Position numbers and translations under genes: made by a program
Shown: piece after piece, positions 7,511 to 11,995 of the stretch
Layout of the letters: each line of letters starts with the position of its first letter
Numbering within the stretch: position 1 is the stretch's first letter
The notes under the pieces: generated by a model
The model's database searches: none
What the model saw: the letters and a program-made list of their open reading frames with translations, nothing else
Told to the model about the DNA's origin: nothing
DNA from: Candidatus Hydrogenedentota bacterium
Lineage (GTDB): Bacteria; Hydrogenedentota; Hydrogenedentia; Hydrogenedentales; GCA-2746185
Reading direction: 5' to 3'
NCBI GenBank assembly: GCA_046583315.1
Contig: JAYGCN010000227.1
Location: 1-11,995 of the forward strand
DNA length: 11,995 nucleotides

Positions 7511-8029
7511 ATGATCATGCGGATCAAAGGGATATTTGGGCGTGTCAATGATGCTGCTCTACGCGTATGCGTGTTCGGTACCGTAACCTGTCTCGCTGCG
7601 ATGGTAGTTGTCATTCTCTTGCAGGTTGTCGCCCGGTATGTCTTCAGTTCGCCTCTGGCATGGCCAGAAGAAATCTCCCGAATTTTGATGGTTTGGATGA
7701 CCTTTCTGGCGGCTCCCTATGCCTATCGGAATGGACTATTCGTTCGGCTGGAATCGTGGGTTTCCAGATTTCCACTTCGTGTGCAACGTAAAATTGATGT
7801 CGGGATTCATCTGCTCCTTCTGATGTTATTCATCGTATTTTTTCGGGAGAGTCTGTGGATGGTCATGCGCGGAAGCGTGATTCGCGCGAGTTCGGTCAAT
7901 CTATCTATGGGGCTCGTGTTCGTGGTCATGCCGGCTGCCTTCGTCATGCTGATCAGTGTGGCTATTGAACATGTATTGGTCGCTCTGGAATCCGATGGCC
8001 CCGTCCCTCCGAAAAGAGACGCGTCTTGA
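7511..8029 (+). CDS. dctQ: TRAP transporter small permease subunit
   Basis: Four TM segments; QVVARYVFSSPLAWPEEISRILMVWMTFL is the DctQ signature. Start may be 7508, 7511 or 7517. Confidence 0.93.
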   Translation: MIMRIKGIFGRVNDAALRVCVFGTVTCLAAMVVVILLQVVARYVFSSPLAWPEEISRILMVWMTFLAAPYAYRNGLFVRLESWVSRFPLRVQRKIDVGIHLLLLMLFIVFFRESLWMVMRGSVIRASSVNLSMGLVFVVMPAAFVMLISVAIEHVLVALESDGPVPPKRDAS

Positions 8030-9312
8030 CACTCGTCTTTCTCATTCTCTTCATCCTTCTTCTCGCATTGGGCATGCCCGTCGCTTTCGCGCTATTGGCT
8101 GGACCAACAGGCGAAGCGGTATGGAGAGGGGAATCGGAAGTGATGACGCAACTCATGCTACGCCTGTATTACGGAATTGATAGCTTCCCGCTCATGGCAC
8201 TGCCCTTCTTCGTCTTGGCAGGAGAACTCATGAATCGTGGTGGCATCACTGAACGGCTCGTAAATATATCCCAATCGTTTCTGGGCCATTTTCGCGGCGG
8301 ACTCGCCCAGGCCAATATCGCGACTTCCATCCTCTTTGCCGGATTATCAGGATCGGCGGTAGCCGACACCTCCGCCGTGGGTTCTGTACTGATTCCTGCG
8401 ATGGAACGCAACGGATATACAAAACGTTTCGCCGCAGCAGTAACCGCCGCGTCATCGGTCATCGGACCCATCATTCCTCCGAGCGGCATCATGATTATGT
8501 ACGCCTTCATGATGGACGTCTCGGTTGCCGGATTATTTGCCGCCGGGATCATTCCAGGGATCGTACTGGGGCTGAGTCTCATGGTGCTGACCGCCTACCT
8601 CGCACGTGTTCGAAATTTTCCAGTGGCCAGTGAAGCAGCCACTTGGGGCGAGCGCGGTGACGCAATCAAAAAGGGTTTCTTCCCGCTGTTGACACCGGTA
8701 ATCATGCTGGGCGGGATATTACTGGGGATTTTTACGCCGACCGAGGCTGCCGCAATCGCGGTTGGATACGCGCTGTTCCTCGTCTTATTCGTCATGCGCA
8801 CGCTTTCGTTTCCAGACCTGATAGGCGTATTGAAACAAGCCAGTATAACCTCTGGCGTAATTCTACTCCTGGTCGGCGCAGCCGTCTCATTTGCTTCGGT
8901 ACTCGCGCTAACGGGTGCACCTCAACGCATTACGGAGGCCTTCCTGAGCATCAGCGAAAACCCGTTGATGCTGCTGTTTCTCGTGAATATTCTGTTGCTG
9001 GTGGTCGGGATGTTTCTGGATGCAGGACCAGCCATTCTAATACTCGGCCCGATTCTCGGCCCGATATTTATCGGATTGGATGTACATCCCCTGCACTTTG
9101 CGATCATCATGTGTATCAACGTCACGGTCGGACTCGCCACGCCTCCGATGGGTCTTATACTCTTCGTTGCGGCCGGATTGACCGATGAGCGTGTCGAGGA
9201 TATTGCAAGAGAAATGCTGCCATTTCTCGCCGTGGAAATAACGATCATATTTGTCGTAACCTTTGTACCTGCGTTGTCGCTCACATTGCCGCGATTACTC
9301 GGTTTCATGTAG
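8026..9312 (+). CDS. dctM: TRAP transporter large permease subunit
   Basis: SFPLMALPFFVLAGELMNRGGI, FAGLSGSAVAD, GPIIPPS, GIFTPTEAAA and GLATPPMG motifs; the TTG start overlaps the dctQ TGA stop (TTGA). Confidence 0.96.
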   Translation: MTLVFLILFILLLALGMPVAFALLAGPTGEAVWRGESEVMTQLMLRLYYGIDSFPLMALPFFVLAGELMNRGGITERLVNISQSFLGHFRGGLAQANIATSILFAGLSGSAVADTSAVGSVLIPAMERNGYTKRFAAAVTAASSVIGPIIPPSGIMIMYAFMMDVSVAGLFAAGIIPGIVLGLSLMVLTAYLARVRNFPVASEAATWGERGDAIKKGFFPLLTPVIMLGGILLGIFTPTEAAAIAVGYALFLVLFVMRTLSFPDLIGVLKQASITSGVILLLVGAAVSFASVLALTGAPQRITEAFLSISENPLMLLFLVNILLLVVGMFLDAGPAILILGPILGPIFIGLDVHPLHFAIIMCINVTVGLATPPMGLILFVAAGLTDERVEDIAREMLPFLAVEITIIFVVTFVPALSLTLPRLLGFM

Positions 9313-9320
9313 GAGATAGC

Positions 9321-10346
9321 ATGCGACTCTTAGGAATATTGATCGCGATCGCGATACTGGCCGGTTCACACAAAACCTACGCCGCGGAACATACGATTCG
9401 CATCGTAAGTCTCGCCAATACCAATGACGAAGATTACGTCGGGGCACTAGCGTTCAAAGAGATCGTCGAGAATGAATCTGATGGCGCTATCGAAGTAGTG
9501 ATTTTCACAGGCGGCCAATTGTGCGGCAGTCCGACCGAGTGTCTGCTTGCGCTACAGGGCGGCGTCATGGATGTGTTCATGAGTACACTCGGGGGACTCG
9601 CCAATTTCTACCCGGAAATTCAATTCCTTGATCTTCCCTATCTGTTTCCGGATGACGAGACGCTTGAACGACTTTACCGTGGTCCTCTGGTCGACGATCT
9701 GCGCGAGGCAATATTGAAGAAAACCGGATTGCGACTGATGACAATTGGCAATACCGGCGGCTGGCGTAATATCGCGAACACGAAGAGAGAAGTGCGCACA
9801 CCCAGTGATCTGAAAGGGCTTAAGCTGCGAACCATTAGTTCACCGATTCAGATCGAGCTTACCCGGGCGTTAGGGGCATCCCCGACCCCGATCCCCTGGC
9901 CCGAACTGTATATCGCGCTGGCTACCGGCACGGTGGATGGCTCGAAAAATGGATTGACTGATATCGTCGGAATGGGTTTTGAAGAACACATTAAATTTGT
10001 GACTATGGATGGACATGCCTACATGAGTGCCCTGTGGCTGATGAATGACGATACCTTCGGCGAGCTTTCAGCGGAAATGCAGTCCGTAGTCAAGGAAGGA
10101 TTTGTCGCGCTTCAGGAAGTGACGATGCGCGTTCCGAAAGAACGTTTGGCTTCCGCAATAGCTGAGTTCGAAGCAGCTGGCGGAAAAATTTATCGGCCGA
10201 CACCAGAGGAGAAAGCCCTGTTCGTCGAGGCAGCACGACCGGTTTATGATTGGTACACAAGACAATTCGGCACTCACTGGCTCGAAAAGGTTGATGCCGC
10301 AGTCGCAGCAATAGAAGGCACGAAGGAGATAGAAACGAATGAGTGA
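9321..10346 (+). CDS. dctP: TRAP transporter substrate-binding protein (DctP family)
   Basis: AGGAG RBS; signal peptide; [18 protein letters not shown] (conserved anion-binding Arg), [24 protein letters not shown]. Confidence 0.95.
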   Translation: MRLLGILIAIAILAGSHKTYAAEHTIRIVSLANTNDEDYVGALAFKEIVENESDGAIEVVIFTGGQLCGSPTECLLALQGGVMDVFMSTLGGLANFYPEIQFLDLPYLFPDDETLERLYRGPLVDDLREAILKKTGLRLMTIGNTGGWRNIANTKREVRTPSDLKGLKLRTISSPIQIELTRALGASPTPIPWPELYIALATGTVDGSKNGLTDIVGMGFEEHIKFVTMDGHAYMSALWLMNDDTFGELSAEMQSVVKEGFVALQEVTMRVPKERLASAIAEFEAAGGKIYRPTPEEKALFVEAARPVYDWYTRQFGTHWLEKVDAAVAAIEGTKEIETNE

Positions 10347-11502
10347 TGCTGTACCCGGAAGACCCGAAATACGAACAACGGATCCGGCAGTCGAGGTCGC
10401 CTGGTTTTCGGCACTGTGCAGTGACGACTATGAATTTTTAGGTGTCCCCGACGGAGATCTCAGATCAAGTTTCGATCATTGCAGCAGTTTGGTCAAGCAC
10501 GCCGACGAATTGGGATATCAGAACATCCTGCTCCCCTCGAGCTGGCAGGTTGGTCAGGAGCCGATACCCTTCGCCGCCGCCGCGGGAATCCAGACCAGCC
10601 AGGTTAATCAACTGGTCGCCGTCCGAATGGCCGAGGTCCACCCTCCGATGCTTGCGCGACACTTGAGCACGCTCGATCACCTCCTTAAAGGGCGCCTTAC
10701 GGTGAATATCATCAGTTCAGATCTTCCCGGAGAGCGGCTGGATTCGGCGGAAAGATACCAGAGGGCTCGCGAAGCCTTGGAAATCATGAAACAGTGTTGG
10801 ACGCAGGAGGAAGTTCATTATCGGGGGGACTTCTACACCATCGATCTCGATTGGACCGACCCAGCGAAGCCCTACCAGCAAAATGGGGGGCCGCTGCTTT
10901 ACTTCGGAGGAATTTCCCCGGACGCGATGAAGTTGTGCGCGGATCATTGCGACGTGTTCTTGATGTGGCCGGAAACCGAAAACCAATTGAGCGAATCGAT
11001 GCACCGCGTGGGCGCACTGGCTAAAACGTCTGGTCGGACCCTCGACTACGGACTGCGCATCCACGTCATCGTTCGAGAAACCGAAGCCGAAGCCCGTGAC
11101 GCAGCACAGCACTTGATGTCTCGACTAGACCCGGATGTCGGCGAAGCCATCAAGGCACGCGCGCAGGATAATCAGAGTGCCGGAGTTCAGCGTCAGGATG
11201 CCCTGCGATCCCAATCCGATGACGACTATATCGAAGACCTGATCTGGAGTGGAATCGGTCGTGCAAGAAGTGGCTGCGCATCGGCAATTGTTGGCGATCC
11301 GGATCAAGTGTATGCGAAACTAATGCGCTATGTGGATATGGGCATTCGCGCCTTTGTCCTTTCAGGGTATCCCCATCACGAAGAGTGCGACCTCTTCGCC
11401 AAGTACGTCCTTCCACGTCTCAATACATGCAAACTGAACGAAATCCAGGGGCGCAATATTCCGAATCCGGAAACGCCGCTGACAACCCTACCGAGGAAAT
11501 AG
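10339..11502 (+). CDS. smoC: LLM-class flavin-dependent monooxygenase, probable sulfoquinovose monooxygenase (SmoC/SquD-like)
   Basis: Luciferase-like SsuD-type motifs ([62 protein letters not shown]). The N-terminal [30 protein letters not shown] matches my recollection of SmoC rather than SsuD. Adjacent to an SmoB-like reductase. Confidence 0.8.
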   Translation: MSDAVPGRPEIRTTDPAVEVAWFSALCSDDYEFLGVPDGDLRSSFDHCSSLVKHADELGYQNILLPSSWQVGQEPIPFAAAAGIQTSQVNQLVAVRMAEVHPPMLARHLSTLDHLLKGRLTVNIISSDLPGERLDSAERYQRAREALEIMKQCWTQEEVHYRGDFYTIDLDWTDPAKPYQQNGGPLLYFGGISPDAMKLCADHCDVFLMWPETENQLSESMHRVGALAKTSGRTLDYGLRIHVIVRETEAEARDAAQHLMSRLDPDVGEAIKARAQDNQSAGVQRQDALRSQSDDDYIEDLIWSGIGRARSGCASAIVGDPDQVYAKLMRYVDMGIRAFVLSGYPHHEECDLFAKYVLPRLNTCKLNEIQGRNIPNPETPLTTLPRK

Positions 11503-11506
11503 AACT

Positions 11507-11995
11507 ATGCGTCGATTCCAACTTTCACCCGACGGACCCGAAGTCTCAGCGATCGCCTACGGCGTATGGCGACTCGGCGATGATCCGAAGGGTACCTCCA
11601 CAGCAGTCGTTCGTGCGAAAATTGACGCCTGCCTGGAATCCGGAATTACCACCTTCGACCACGCGGATATTTACGGTATCTACACTTGCGAAGGATATTT
11701 CGGAGCGGCACTCGCGGAGTCACCCGAACTTCGGGACCAAATGGAAATCGTGACCAAATGTGGAATTCTGTGTCCCTGCGACGCGTTGCCGGAGGTCGGG
11801 GTAAAACACTATAACGCGTCTTCCGAGTATATCGAAGCCTGTGTTGACCGTTCGCTGCGTGAGCTTCAAATCGATATGATCGATGTGCTACTCGTCCATC
11901 GCCCCGATTGGCTGACACGGGCGGACGATACTGCGGATGGGCTTCAGCGAGTCATCGATAAAGGAAAAGTTCGTTCAGTCGGCGTATCGAATTAT
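11507..11995 (+). CDS. smoB: Aldo/keto reductase (YdhF-like), probable 6-oxo-glucose (6-dehydroglucose) reductase SmoB/SquF; 3' end outside window
   Basis: Manually translated from ATG 11507: MRRFQLSPDGPEVSAIAYGVWRLGDD...GITTFDHADIYG...EIVTKCGI...SLRELQIDMIDVLLVHRPD...GKVRSVGVSNY. The AKR tetrad Asp, Tyr, Lys, His is visible; starts 4 nt after the monooxygenase stop. Confidence 0.78.
   Translation, partial: MRRFQLSPDGPEVSAIAYGVWRLGDDPKGTSTAVVRAKIDACLESGITTFDHADIYGIYTCEGYFGAALAESPELRDQMEIVTKCGILCPCDALPEVGVKHYNASSEYIEACVDRSLRELQIDMIDVLLVHRPDWLTRADDTADGLQRVIDKGKVRSVGVSNY

Noticed and set aside
6980..7551. Small ORFs 6980-7162, 7008-7253 and 7348-7551, or a CRISPR array in this gap
   Set aside because: The first two ORFs run across the terminator and/or tRNA fragment, the third covers the promoter region and dctQ start, and none has coding hallmarks. 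The repeats are 10-bp degenerate units without spacers.
10339..11502. Calling the monooxygenase ssuD of a sulfur-starvation operon
   Set aside because: No ssuABC/ssuE context in the window; the N-terminal sequence and the adjacent AKR fit SmoC better.
11385..11918. ORFs 11385-11753 and 11646-11918
   Set aside because: Alternative-frame or antisense overlaps of the aldo/keto reductase that starts at 11507.

Overview
Bacterial DNA (standard code 11) that falls into two blocks, separated by a decayed tRNA 3' fragment at about 7164-7213. Left block: a SulP/SLC26 anion transporter (minus strand, runs off the left edge, absent from the ORF track) divergent from a secreted heme c plus PHM/DBH-type copper monooxygenase. 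These are followed by a GT-C-fold membrane glycosyltransferase-like gene broken by one in-frame TGA, and a convergent secreted cytochrome c-PQQ beta-propeller dehydrogenase. Junction: the 3' half of a tRNA-Arg(ACG) with CCA and its terminator but no 5' half, flanked by 10-bp-periodic repeats, which looks like the att end of a tRNA-integrated island. Right block: a tight operon dctQ-dctM-dctP (TRAP), then a luciferase-like flavin monooxygenase that I recognise as SmoC/SquD-like (sulfoquinovose monooxygenase), then an aldo/keto reductase that is SmoB/SquF-like (runs off the right edge, absent from the ORF track). Best reading: a TRAP-fed oxidative sulfoquinovose desulfurisation (sulfo-SMO) module at the edge of a genomic island. 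All family assignments come from motif recognition and recall; no database search was run.
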